Notes under the pieces: generated by a model
The model's database searches: none
What the model saw: the letters and a program-made list of their open reading frames with translations, nothing else
Told to the model about the DNA's origin: nothing
From: Chlorokybus atmophyticus
Taxonomy: Eukaryota; Plantae; Mesostigma and Chlorokybus algae
Assembly: GCA_009103225.1 (NCBI GenBank)
Contig: RHPI01002264.1
Span: 294,170-358,169, forward strand
Direction of reading: 5' to 3'
DNA: 64,000 nt
Part shown: one piece after another, positions 11,654-23,850 of the stretch
How positions within the stretch are numbered: the stretch's first letter is position 1
How the letters are laid out: every line of letters begins with the position of its first letter
Program-made: the position numbers and the translations under genes

Positions 11654-12610
11654 GGCATCACACTGCCGGAGCTCTTCGGAGGCATCGGCAGCGGCCTCGC
11701 CAGTCCTCAACGCCGGCATCATGGTCAACCAGTCTTACTACTGTGAGCCTGATCCACATGCACAGACCGCGCTGAAGCACCATCTCCAACTGTTGCACGA
11801 ATGCCACCCCGAGCAACTGCCACTGTCCGCACTCAACGGCAGCCTCCGCGCACTGCCGCAAGACATCCGGCCTCATCTTCAGACACCATTTGCTCGCACT
11901 TGCTAATACCGACTTGCTCATCGCAGGCTGGGAGTGTCAAGGCTATTCCAAAGCTGACACTAGCAAAGGATTGAAGGATCCGCGCTCCACGCTGTTCACG
12001 GAGCTGCTGCGTGTCATTCACATTTTGCAACATCACCAGAATGCCAGACCACTGGCCTACATCTTGGCCAGAATTTATTCTATTCGTATTCTGAGGATGA
12101 CAACCGGCCCAACGTAAGGGAGAACTTCCACCACATGCTGGGACACTCTGTGCGCATCAACGCAGCACGTCACGGGTCACGCGCACACCGCATCCTCGCC
12201 AAGTGGACCAACCTGGCTGTGGAGAAATTGTCCATGGCGGAACACCGGTTCAGCATCACGGCTGCAAGGCCTAACAATGGATGCCAATTTGGACCCCGAT
12301 CGCAAGGCTCAACCCATCGCTTGCCTCGAGCACGCACGCTTCTATCCGTGCAACCAACCCAGCCAACCTCGCCGCGCACTGCCCATATTGGTGTCATACC
12401 CTGGCTCTTACGCCTTTCGTAATGGATGGGAGGGCATGGTATGGGACAGCACCACAGGTCGTCTAGAAGAACCCAATGCACGAGAGCGCAAACACACGCC
12501 ACGGGTTTCTTCCTACACACTGTTTCTGTTGCCCACCTTACCGACAATCACCGACAACAGCTGCTAGGCCGTGCCATAGACCAAAATAGCATGGTGTGGT
12601 TGCTGAAGAC
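11654..12610 (+). pseudogene. C5 cytosine DNA methyltransferase domain inside Gypsy pol (frameshifted)
   Basis: Motifs in canonical order across frames: I ELFGGIGSG, II YYCEPD, III LPQDI, IV DLLIAGWECQGYS (Cys codon 11935-11937), V GLKDPRSTLF, VIII INAARHGSRAHR, IX EEPNARER, X RQQLLGRAIDQN. Motif VI ENV is disrupted. Confidence 0.88.
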
Positions 12611-12840
12611 GTGTTTCGCCATTCAAGATCGTCATGTGTCCCTTGAGGACTTCGAACACATGACCGGGGGGTGGATCAATCGCCCTCAACATGTACAGGC
12701 TTACACAGCACTCGATACCGCTCGCATGGCGGAGCAAGCAGCAGTCATGGTTGAAGACATCCCCGCGAAGGCCAATGCCATGTCCTGGGATCACGCCATA
12801 AGCCGCCTCGCTCTCGACACCATGAGATCAGCTGGAGGCC

Positions 12841-14200
12841 TTGCTGAACAAACGGAGAGCACAGTTCAGCTTCCACGTCAAGGAGTTGGGCAAGTCTTCA
12901 GTCTACGTGATGGATATAGACCTCATCGATGAAGAGCCAGTCTTCAGGCGACAGTACAAGCTCTCCAAACTTGAGGAAGACTTGATCGAACAACGTTGCC
13001 AAGCATTGGCAGAAGCAGGCCTCATTGATGAGTCCACCTCTGATTTCGCCGCTGCCACGGTCAAGCCACTCAATAAAGATGCTGACGGCAACTAGACAGA
13101 GAGGCGTATGTGTGGATGCAATCGCCCACTCAACAACAAGACCAAGCAGGACCGCTGTCCGATGCCCAAAGCTGAAGGCATCTTGACGACGTCGGTTCTT
13201 GCACCATCTTTAGCATCCTCAACATGCGGCAAGGATACGACCAGATCGAGATCAAGGCTGAGGACAAACACAAGACCTCATTCTGGGGCAACCGTCAATT
13301 GTACAAGTGGAAGGTCATGCCTTTTTGACGAAAGAACGCACTCGCCAAGTTCCAGAGAGTCATGGACAAGAAACTCAATGGCTGTGACCTCGCCCGTTGC
13401 TATATCGATGACATCATTATCTTCAGCCACACACCGGAGGAGCACCTGCTCCACATTGAGGAGGTGTTACGTAGAGTCAAGACAGTCAGCATGACTTTGC
13501 ACCCCAACAAGTGCACCTTCTTCACCAACAAGGTGCCATACTTGGGCCACATGATCGTGCCCAACGGTGTACACATTCAGCAGGCCAAAGTTGAAGCGCT
13601 TGTGGCCATTCCTGCCCCCACCAACCTCACACAGCTACGCGCCTTCCTCGGGCTAGCTAACTACTACCGACGGTTTGTACAAGCCTTCTTAAAAACCGCG
13701 CGTCCTCTCAACAAGCTGCTGGAAAAAGAAGCAGAATGGGAGTGGAAGGACACTCACCAGCATGCCTTCCAAGAGCTGAAACAGAGGCTCACCACGGCCC
13801 CCATCTCGCAACGGCCACACTACAACAAGTCCTTCATCTTGCATACAGACTGGAGCAAGCTTGGCATGGGAGCTGTGCTCGTTCAGCACGACAACAACAA
13901 GAAGGAGAGAGTTGTCTCTTACGCCAGCCGCAGCAATAACGCTGCCAAGGCCAACTACAGTAGCTACGAGGGCAAGTGCCTTGGCGCTGTGTGGGCCATC
14001 TCCATTTTCAGGCCATTCCTGTTTGGACGACAGTTTAAACTCATCACCGATCATTAGCCTCTGCGCTGGCTGATAAGCAACCAACACTCGACCGGCAAGC
14101 TGGCTCGTTGGGCGCTCCTTCTCCAGGAGTACGACTTCGAGATTTAGCATCGAGCAGGCCTCGCCAATCACGATGCCGACGGCCTCAGCCGCAATCCTCA
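12841..14200 (+). pseudogene. Reverse transcriptase and RNase H of the DNMT-Gypsy
   Basis: PVFRRQYKLS, CYIDDIIIFS, FLGLANYYRRF, LHTDWSKLGMGAVL, YSSYEGKCLGAVWA, DADGLSRNP. Confidence 0.92.
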
Positions 14201-15748
14201 CCTCTCCACCCACGACACCACCGGAGCTTGCCACGAGTTGACATCCTCAGCTTCTCCACCAGGAGTAGGCACCATGTTTGCTGTAGCAGCACTGCGTTCG
14301 GGCCGCACCACAGCCACAACGAACACAGCATCACTGCATTTGGGCCACGCCACGGCCATAACGAATATGTCACCATCTTCGGACAATGAAGACCCAAACA
14401 TGCCTGCTCTGAAGCCAGCACCCGACGTCTCCGATGAGGGGGGTGTCGACGACATCGAGTTGCCGCCCACCGACCTCCGTCATGAAACCTGGCTGGACAC
14501 CCACTCCCTAGCCTTCCTGCAACAAGGGCACATGCCTGCAGCCTCGGCGCGAGGGAGCACAACCGCATTAGCCAACGCACACAGTACTACCATTGGACAG
14601 ACGACCACCTACTACGACGCATCCGCATCGAAGATAAGGAGGTCCCTGCTCCCCATCTACGAGAGGGCATCATCCCCGCTCTCTATACCGAGCTGGGACA
14701 CTTCGGTGTCAAGCGCACCTTTAGCTTGGTACGCGCACGTTACTGGTGGCACGGCATGTACACACAAGTGCGTGCCTACGTAGGCACTTGCTTGCACTGT
14801 GACGTCGTACGCGCCAGCCTCAACACGCGCACCACCACCTTGCATGCACCGCCCATCACTGGGATGTTCTATTGTTGGGGTCTCGACATCCTTAAGGACC
14901 TGGTCCCCTCCGCCCGCGGCAACAAGTACATCCTTAACATGATTGAGCACTTCTTAAATTGGATCGAGCTGGTTCCTCTTCTCGACAAGAGCAGCAGAGG
15001 AGTCTCCAATGCTTTCCTCAAGAACGTCCTCAGTCGCTTTGGCTTCTGCGCTGAAGTGGTGACTGACCAGGGCACCGAAGTGTGTGGGGAGTTTGACGAT
15101 CTCCTCAATCTCGCGTACATCGACCACCGGCGCACTTCACGAGACCACCCACAGACCATTAAGAAGGCGCTGCGAAAGCACGCCATCGAGCACGAGAAGC
15201 GTACCTGGGATGATTACCTCCCCTGGCGGGCTTTAGGCTACCGCCTATCCAAGCAAGCCGCACTCAACAAGTACAGCCCTGACCAACCGCTGTTTAGCCG
15301 CGAGCCACTTCTCCCTTTCCGCGCACAGCAAGAAGCTGCACGGGTGCTGGACAACCTTGAGGACCCAGCCCTCATGTAGTACAACATGAAAGCCCGCGCC
15401 AACCTCTTCTATCACCTAGTCCCCATGGCCATGAGCAACTTGCGCATTGCTCAGCACCGCGACACCCTGCACTACGCGTCCGCAGCGGCTTCTACAAACA
15501 GCGCAATCGGCGCTTCGAAGCAGGTGACTTTGTATATCGCATGACCCGCACACAGAACACCATGAAACATCAGCGTCTAGCGCGTCATCTACAAAGTCTT
15601 GAAAGTATATCCCTCGGGAATCCTTAATCTCCTCGGCAACGATGGCGAACGACTCAAGGACAACGTCACAAACTGCGCACCCTGTCACCTTCCACAAGTG
15701 GCAGGCTTCGACATCATCCGTCATCCACGCCCTCTCCGCATCAAGCCG

Positions 15749-15883
15749 TGTAAGCAGTGCGGTAGTGTGGATGACGACACCCTTTTTATGCTGTGCGACA
15801 GATGCAACAATGGCATGCACTCCTATTGCCTATACCCTCCTCTACAAAAGGTCCCCTTCGAAGCCTATTGGTGCGACGACTGC
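15749..15883 (+). other. PHD finger at the C-terminus of the Gypsy polyprotein
   Basis: CKQC...LCDRC...HSYC..PPL..VP...W CDDC gives the complete C4HC3 pattern. Confidence 0.92.
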
Positions 15884-16099
15884 CGCACCCACGAACTACC
15901 AAACTCCCGATCAAACTGAGTCTTGTAGTAGGGACTTTCACAGGCCGTTGGGGGGGTGGCTTGTTGACTTACAGCTATCCGTAGCTGAGTATCATTACTC
16001 CCCGCGTTCTACCTCATCCTTGGCATCGTAGTCACCTCTTTCCATTGCACACTTCCAGCGGGGGGGTACTCTTTGCCTTCACCCAAGACTACAGTAGTG

Positions 16100-17060
16100 C
16101 GCAGACCATCACTGCCCTGTTTCCTCAGCCACAGCACAGTTCCTCTGCTGATGTTCGAGATGGTTCAGCGCTCCACCCCGCGCAACCCAACAGCATGCAT
16201 AGATCTCGCTCCACAGGTTTGAGCAGGTCTGTAATATACGGGATGACCAGTTGCACAAACTTCTAATACTCCTCCGCCTTCCACCAGCCAAGCCTGCAAA
16301 GTCGTTGTATGATTGGTCACACGGAATGTTACCATAAACACATGTGTGCCAATAACACGCTCATCTGACAATTCGTGCACATGCTCATTTGCATCTTAAA
16401 ACACCAACCCTTCTAGCCATAACGGGAATGACGTGCGCGACAAGATATGCGAGCTGCTGCATGTCGTGCAGCATGGCCACGGGGTTGTCGAGGTTGTCTA
16501 GCACGCGCTCCACCTTCATCTGTGCGCGGAACGTGCAGGGAGTAATGGCGCTTTGCCAAACAGCGGTTGATAAGGGCTGTACATGCGCAGGGAAACTTGC
16601 TCGGTTAGCCAATAGCCCAGTGCGATCCACGGGAGGAAGACATCCCAGGTGCGCTTCTCGTAGTTGATGATGTACTTGCGCAACGCCTTCATGTTGGTTT
16701 TAACAGTGCGTTCTGCAGTCCATCTACCTGCGATTGGTTGCGTGAGGTGCGACGGTGGTCGACGTAGGAGCGATCTAGCAAGGTGTCAACCTCGTAATAA
16801 TCATGAGTGCCGCTACATATGTGGCAACATGTGTGTCCGGTCCATCGTCATGACGGGCCCCACTCTCATCTCTGGTGTTAGCAACAGGGTTCCTGCTCAG
16901 CCCATCGGCGTCCATGTTGGCCAACTCTACCTTATGTTCGATGACAAAGTCATACACGCTTGTCACCAGTGCCAGCAATATCATTCTGAGAGTCAAAGAG
17001 GTGCGCGACAACGGCGTGCATCTTCTTGAGAGCAACGATGCGAGGACGTGCACATAACAG
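16100..17060 (-). mobile_element. Older inverted remnant of the same Gypsy family (RNase H end, integrase tail)
   Basis: Minus ORFs YDFVIEHKVELANMDADGLSRNP and RVLDNLDNPVAML match 14130-14200 and 15340-15380. Confidence 0.7.
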
Positions 17061-17832
17061 ATGAAAATTGTGCTCTTTGTAATTTACCCAACATTGATGG
17101 GGCTGTGGACCTCAAAGCAGCTATTTGATGTGCCATATCCCGTCGTTGCCTGAAACGTCGTCCACCAGCTCGTCATGACCTCATGATGCTACACCTTCTC
17201 CACCTTCACATGTTGTAGCTTCCTTCATGCATGTGTGCTAGCTCAGGATTCTTAAAAAGCTGCCCCACTAGTGTATATACTCATACACATGATGCGACAC
17301 TGACAACAAGCGCGTGTCTTAGCTAACCTAGACTCGAGCACGGGCTTTTATACGTGCAATTGACATGTGATGCACGAGGAGATGAGGCTAAGTCCGTTCA
17401 CAAGGTGTGGCACACGCTCATACACTACACACAAGCATATCCAAGCATATGCACATTCAAGGGAAGGATACAACCACGGCAACGACCAACCAAGTCTTGA
17501 AGCCTCTCCAAGTAGTTGTATACTCCCAATAGAACAAGGGACTTGCGGTCGACTAGTTGCAACTCAAATCAAGTTCACTTACATACCCTCCTACCACACC
17601 TCTACAACCATTTTAACCACTTTAGCTGCCACAACTACCATACAACTCCCAAATCAGTCACAACCAGCGATTTTCAGTCAAATGTGAGTCCCACCAACGT
17701 AACTGAGATACACCTCAATGTGCTGACCGTAACTCAGCTCTAACTCTTGAAATATGACCCCGAGCCTTCATAACCGACGCGTTGCGCCGCCGATACGTAC
17801 GCACATGATATATTCCCGATGCTAGCCACAAA

Positions 17833-17970
17833 TGCGAGGGTTGCGCACGCGCGGACGGGGAAGCAAGCATATTGCTGTGTGACAAATGTGTGGCCAATTG
17901 ACACATATGGTGTCTGTCACTACCATTAAGCAAGATTTTCAAAGGAGATTGGATGTGTGAGGCTTGCAAG
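17833..17970 (+). pseudogene. Isolated, diverged PHD finger remnant, probably from a related retroelement
   Basis: Hand translation CEGCARADGEASILLCDKCVAN*HIWCLSLPLSKIFKGDWMCEAC (one TGA in place of W); not in the ORF track. Confidence 0.75.
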
Positions 17971-19239
17971 ATGCAATTGGCCCACTCAGGGGAGTAAAGA
18001 GCCAACTGAAGGGGTAAGAGGAGCTCGCTGTCCTGGTCAACATTCATTTTTCACACTTGAGGCACAACCAGCTCCTCAACAGACAATGAGTGACATCTCC
18101 AATGCAAAGGGAGCACAAGTCCTACATACGCACATTGTACAGTTATACACAACCCCTGCACACAACCCCCCGAGGCCTATGCGAGCCTTATACATATGTA
18201 CGAGAGCTACAGTTGCATGCAATGAAAAGGATCTGCTCTTACTAGCGCAAATCCACAGCACTCTTGTGCCTTGGGAGCGGGTTGGTCTGCCAATGCACGC
18301 TACTGCATCCGTGCTCATTACAATATGAGCGACCCCATGCGGGGCGTGCGTTTTTTCCCAACCTTGCTGCGCTCGAGGAGGACGCTTGCGCACGGGGCAC
18401 CATTGTTGTACGGCGCCGCCCACTGAGACTATAGATTCTCAGATGGGACCTACACAATCCCCCGGTTTACCTTTATGGTACCAATGTGGCACCTGGCGGC
18501 CATGGCGATGGAAGGGGGTCCAGAATGCAGAAGGTTAGGGGATGTTGTCGTCATTGTAGTTTTCCTCCTCCGGCGGCGCCTAGCTCACAGGGAGGTTGTA
18601 GCACAAGGGGTTGGCCTCCCCTACACTGGCTATGAGGCCTGCGCTTACGGCATTAGGGTCCGCTCTGCTTGGCCATGTATACCTCTTTGGCATTGCCGAT
18701 GCACGGGTATCCGCCGCCGCCGCCGCCGCCGCCGTAATAGTCAGGCCAACTCACATGCCCAAGACTAAGGGCGTACTTAAGGCATTGTTCAATGCCATTA
18801 TCTTCATGCCCGAGAAACAGAACCCGGAGCTCATCATACAGGTGGATATTGAGCACCAGCCCACACGACAGCTACCAGCCCGACACTGTCAACCAGTACC
18901 GTCGTTGATGTTGGTGGTTACCAATGTTGGTACTCACTAGTAGAGTACGGTCGAGTGAAGCGATCAAGTCCTCTAGCAGCTCGCAATTATTGGCAAACAC
19001 GCACTCCGAGTCATGTTCACACAAACCCACATGCATATGCACCCGTTAGAACTTCAAACAGCCACAATTGTAATTTCAATCAACCGCAGAGTCCAGCTGT
19101 ATATACAATCTCAGTACTTGATAAACTGTAAGCTATCAACACCGGCCCGAAACTGCATGAACTCCCTGCTACCACCGCCGGTGTGTGCAGATTCTCCAGC
19201 CCGCAGCACGCACACGACCTCTGCCTGTTCTCGCCAACA

Positions 19240-22200
19240 TCACAGACTCACCCCCCACCCCCCCATCTCCTCCAGCCTGGCCACCACCTCCCTGGCGTCA
19301 GGCCGCGTCTCCGGCTCCTTGGCCACGCAGCGGACGGCCAGCCTCGCCACGCCAAACGCCTGAGCCACGTCGCCATGCTCACGCAGATGCAGCTGAGGGT
19401 CCAACAGGGTGGCGAAGGGACCAGGACCCTCAGCGACCTTGGCCACAGCCTGCGTATATGCGTGCGAGCATTGGAGAGTGTGTGTGTGCGCGCGTGCACG
19501 TGCGCGCGTGATAATGACGTGCAACCAAGTGCTACTGTACGACATACACCTGGCAGCGTGCACGCCACGTGTTTGCAGCATCTGCTTGCATGTGGTGTGG
19601 AACAAGTTCTGAAGGTGAGCTGCGTGTGATCCATGTTTTTGTCTGTTTTTTCTCCCTACCAGTCTCACGAGGCGCTGCTCCGCAGCAGGTTTGGTCATAT
19701 CCAGAGGCTTGCGTGCGGTCAGTACCTCCAGCATCACCACACCAAAAGAGTACACGTCCGAGCTGGGGCGATAGATGCCGAACTCCACCACCTCGGGCGC
19801 AAGGTAGCTGTACGGTAGGACACAGAATTGTAATTTGGTGTGAAGGACTTTACATTTGGTTCCCATGTACACGTTGTGTATTGAGGACAATCTGAAGAGC
19901 ATGTACCCATATGTGCCGGCAACGGCGGAGTGAGCGTGCGTCGCGTCGATCGGCACCTCGCGCACCAGACCAAAGTCTGTCACCTGTTGTACAATACACA
20001 TGAGCACAACATGGTCATGATAATGTGTTGACGGTCCAACATTCACATGTGCAACATGATGCCTTGGCTTGGTAGTTGGCGTCCAGCAGAATGTTGGCCG
20101 GCTTGATGTCCCTATGTACGAGTGGCTCCGGCAGCTCGTGGTGCAGATATGCCAGGCCCTTGGCGGCCCCAAATAATGCTCGCAGACGAAGCTCCCATGT
20201 AAACGTGGTGCCTGAGTGCACACCAGAGCAGAGTTAGGGTCAACTTTGCCCCAACTCCTACTAGAGTACTCACTACCCTCACTCACCTTGTTTGTAGATG
20301 TGTTGATCAAGCGGTCCATTGTCCAGGAGCTCCAGCACGAGTGCGCATTGCTCGTCCTCCCGGCAGTATCCGAGCATGCGCACGAGGTTGGGATGCTGCA
20401 TTTTGGCCAGCACGGCCATCTCCGTCGCCAGCTCCCTGCTCATCACCACACCCGCAGAAGAAGAGAGGCGCTTGATGGCCACCCACGTGCCATCATGCAA
20501 GCGTCCACTGCATACGCAGACAAAACCTCGTCAAGTCAAGAGCCACAACAACAGTTGATACACTTTCTAACGACTGCATGCGCGCGTGCGTGCATGTAGT
20601 GTTCACCTGTATACGTTTCCGAAGGCTCCGCTGCCGATGTGTCGCTGCGCGCTGAACCACTGCGTCGCTTCCAGTATTTCCTGAAAGGAGAAGTGCCTGA
20701 GATGGCCAGCATCGCCTGCAGCTGAAGCAGTGCGCGACAGCTGCCGCATGGGCGGCCCATCGTGACCGCCAACACGAACAACAACAACGGCATCAGCTGG
20801 GAGCGACCCTGCTAAAAGAAAGACGCAGGGAGGGTGGGTTGGTACTGTGCGCGGTCATCGCGCAACGGTTCGGCGTGCTTGCCAATCAGTCCATGTCCCT
20901 CGGGTTGGCATGCACTCACCTTTCCCGTGCCCGTAACCGTACGAAGCGCTCGCGTCCGTCGCAACACCATTGGTCGAGACGGTCTCCTCCCCGCGTACAT
21001 ACTTGGGGGAGCGGAAGGAGGCAGCTGCAGAGGCAGGAGGCGTGCGCATGCGTGTGCGGTTACGCGGCTTCCACCAGAAGCAGTACAGCAGTGCGGAAGC
21101 TGCGGCGATGCACACCACCACGACGAGTGGTACAACTACGGCCACTGCAACGGTTGCGCCACTGCTCCCTCCCCCCTCCTTTGAATTGTCAGGTTGTGCA
21201 GGGGCAGGGGTAGGAGCATCAGGTGCTGGGGTGGGTGGGAGGGGTGGGGGCACTGGTACGGGTGCAGGGGCAACCGGTGCTGGGGTGGGTGGGAGGGGTG
21301 GGGGCACTGGTACGGGTGCAGGGGCAACCGGTGGTGGGGGGGGGTGAGGGGAGCTGCACTGATACCCGGCAAAGCACACAGATGGTGAGCGCGCACAGAC
21401 CGTACAGGCGCAAGCAGTAATGTCAGTCAGGTCAGGCAGGTGTTGATGCACACACATGCATACTACGCACACCATGATATGGTAAGCATGCGCGTATGAC
21501 TCACGTAACCCTAGTGGTACGTGACCGGTAAAGTGACAGTATGAAAGGAGGGCACTCACATTCACAAACAGACCGGAACTCTCTGTCAGCTGTGTTAGTG
21601 CTGTCGATGTCGTTCCAGCCACCAGTACCCCACGAATTGAGTACCACCCATTTCTCAGAGTCATTACAGTGAGTGTTGTCGGGGAAAAACACCTTGCCAT
21701 TGCCGGCAAAGTTGACGGCGGTCCAGTTGGTGTACACGAGTGCACTCCCGTCGGCGTACTGCTGGAAATCGCACGCGCAGTCGCACGCGCGCCCCGTTGT
21801 CGCGCTGTCCCTTGCAGTCTGTGCGGAGCTTGCGCTGCGGTGGGTGGGTGGGAGGCACGCAGCAAACATCATGTTGACGGCTGGACTTGCACAGACATGC
21901 TGCACCCTCGAGCTCGCTCACTGACTGGCAGCGCATGTAGGCATAGGACCCAATTCAAGTTGACCCACGCACATGCGTGCCTGTTCATCTCATGCAAGCA
22001 TGACGCCATGAAAGACATCATCAACGTTACATCAATATGCTCCCACTCGCCAGCAGAGACTTCAACACCCTTGAACGGTCATGTCGATCATTACCATCGT
22101 GTGAGATGGAGTGCCAGTGTGTTCAACATGCATGGCGCAAAGTATGTTAGAACGTGTGTGCAAATTCTCTCACCTGCATGTTGGGCAGCTGGTGCAGGCG

Positions 22201-23245
22201 CATCTGTCGGTACAGGGACTGAAAGACAACATTAGCGTCAATTGCTGCACTTGCGACTACTAACAATGATTATTCATCCGGTGTTGGTGATGATGAACGG
22301 TTGTGTTGGTCGTTTGCTGTTTGGTTGGCGGTTGGGAGTTTGGCCCGGGCTTGCTGGCTTTGTGTTTGTGACCCAGGCAATGCATGGTACTATCACCATT
22401 TCACAGTCAAGACTGTGAGTGTGGCTGGACAACATATCAAGATCATCTGTGACATGAAGCTGCATCCTCAAGCTGCAAAACGTACCCGCCAGCAGCACAG
22501 CTCCCAATCCGAGAGACTCCAATCCAAACTGTCTGCACCCAAGTACAGTATATTGTTGTGCGGATGCTTGGCAGCTGTGCATATGTGAATACATATGCAG
22601 CCTCATGATCAGAGCGTAAGTGATGCCATGCTTGCGACCAACCCCGAAGTCAATTGCAAGCATGTGGCTGCAAGCATGCGATCTTTGGGCCCAATACAAA
22701 CTGAATACAATTGTACCCAAGCAAGGGACATGGTTGCCAGCTGAGCGTTTTCCTCGTCGCTGGTCGGGACGGCCAAGTTGGCGCTCTTATCCTTGCATGC
22801 CTGAGTGTGTGTCGGTGTGTGGCTGTGAGCTGAGTACGAGCGTCTGGGTGGGCAGGGCAGTACAGAGGGAACCAGAAAAGCGCTGACCTGGTCTGCATCT
22901 GCCTGAGACAATGACTGGGGATTGAACCAGTAGCATTTGCGACTGGATGTCGACAAGATCCAGTCACTGGGGCAGTCTTGAGCTTGCACGCTGCGTTACG
23001 ACACATTATCATGATGACAGATGCAAGATCAGTGCTATGCAGAACCCGGTGAACCTGGTGAACAGAAGCACACCACCGCACGGCTTCTCTTCCTGGTGTG
23101 TGTTTTCCAGCCAGTTGCTGAATGCATTGCACGCTGGTGACGGTGACTGCTCACACCTGGGCGTGGTGCTGAACGTCAGGAGGACTAGTAGCAGCGTCGC
23201 CGACACCGCGGCATGCTGCTTACGTGTGCACGGCACGCCAGCCAT
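19240..23245 (-). CDS. RLK2: C-type lectin receptor-like kinase with signal peptide, Cys-insert CTLD, Pro-rich stalk, TM helix and RD kinase
   Basis: Exons 23157-23245 ([15 protein letters not shown]), 22888-22990 (DCPSDW..KCYWF), 22717-22800, 22486-22532 (VWIG), a Cys-rich mini-exon at ~22174-22218, ~21560-21834 (YTNW..FPDN..WND..VCEC), a stalk/TM exon ending 20920, then 20607-20808, 20287-20507, 20063-20211, 19907-19983, 19660-19807, 19240-19449. The last five exons have the same sizes as in RLK1. One junction (lectin to stalk) is ambiguous. Confidence 0.85.
21222..21329 (-). repeat. Perfect 2 x 54 bp in-frame tandem repeat in the RLK2 stalk
   Basis: Encodes an 18-aa unit ([18 protein letters not shown]) twice; single copy in the paralog at ~44555-44610. 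Confidence 0.95.
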
Positions 23246-23850
23246 ACGTCCACTCCTGCAAGGAACACCACGCAGTGCATGGTTATGATCAATGTGAGCC
23301 ACTAGGATGTACCAGCGGGTCACAACCGCTGCTGTGGTGTTTGAGCCCAGGCCCCCATGCATGTAGCAGCCCCGCAGGGACGACAGACTGACGTCAGACA
23401 GGTAAGCGCCGTTTGCAAACATGACAGAGCACAGGTGTGACCATCATTCACAGACCGCTCCTGCAGCTGCATGCCGCCCACGCCTCTCATCCTGCCGTGG
23501 TCCATGACGCCGCGGTCGCGCAAGCAGACTGCTAGCGTCACTTCGCACTCTGATACCTTTGAATATCTAATAGTAATATCTTATACATGTCTCAATGTGA
23601 CGTAATCACTTGGTCACACTTGGCTTACTACGTCACTTTGGCCGCACTCCGCCGCCGTTCGATGCCACCGGCGTGAACGCTTCTTATTACATGCTATGCC
23701 GCGACCAGACAAAGGGACTGCGGCTGCACCGCGTAAGAGGCTCCTTCGACTTTTTACCAAGAAAGACCCCATGCATGGGGGCGGCTGATCTCCATGACAT
23801 CTCAGGGGACACTGATTCGGCAAGCGTGCGACGGTGCTGTGCGACAGCCT

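Larger units (their letters stand above)
7383..15960 (+). mobile_element. Degenerate Ty3/Gypsy retrotransposon with gag - PR - C5 DNA methyltransferase - RT - RNase H - integrase - PHD finger
   Basis: Two decayed zinc knuckles (~8680-8790), LLDTGA protease, DNMT motifs I-X, YIDD RT, TDWSKLG RNase H, integrase, C4HC3 PHD, G-rich PPT-like tract at ~15950. Many stops and frameshifts; integrase lacks the segment carrying the catalytic E (DHPQT joins directly to IKKAL). No LTR pair resolved. Confidence 0.9.

Noticed and set aside
11096-11728. Long minus-strand ORFs over TE and RLK regions (also 8649-9284, 13689-14234, 53146-53580 and + strand 38162-38929)
   Set aside because: Antisense or off-frame shadows of GC-rich coding regions, or read-through into LTRs; no motifs of their own.
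4400-17100. Idea that the two minus-strand Gypsy remnants are halves of one element split by the + strand copy
   Set aside because: Both remnants contain the same integrase-tail segment (VIPMA region), so they are separate copies.
18611-18940. ORF with LLGHVYLFGI..PKTKGVLKALF, faintly like an RT connection region
   Set aside because: Too short and degenerate; no catalytic motif nearby.
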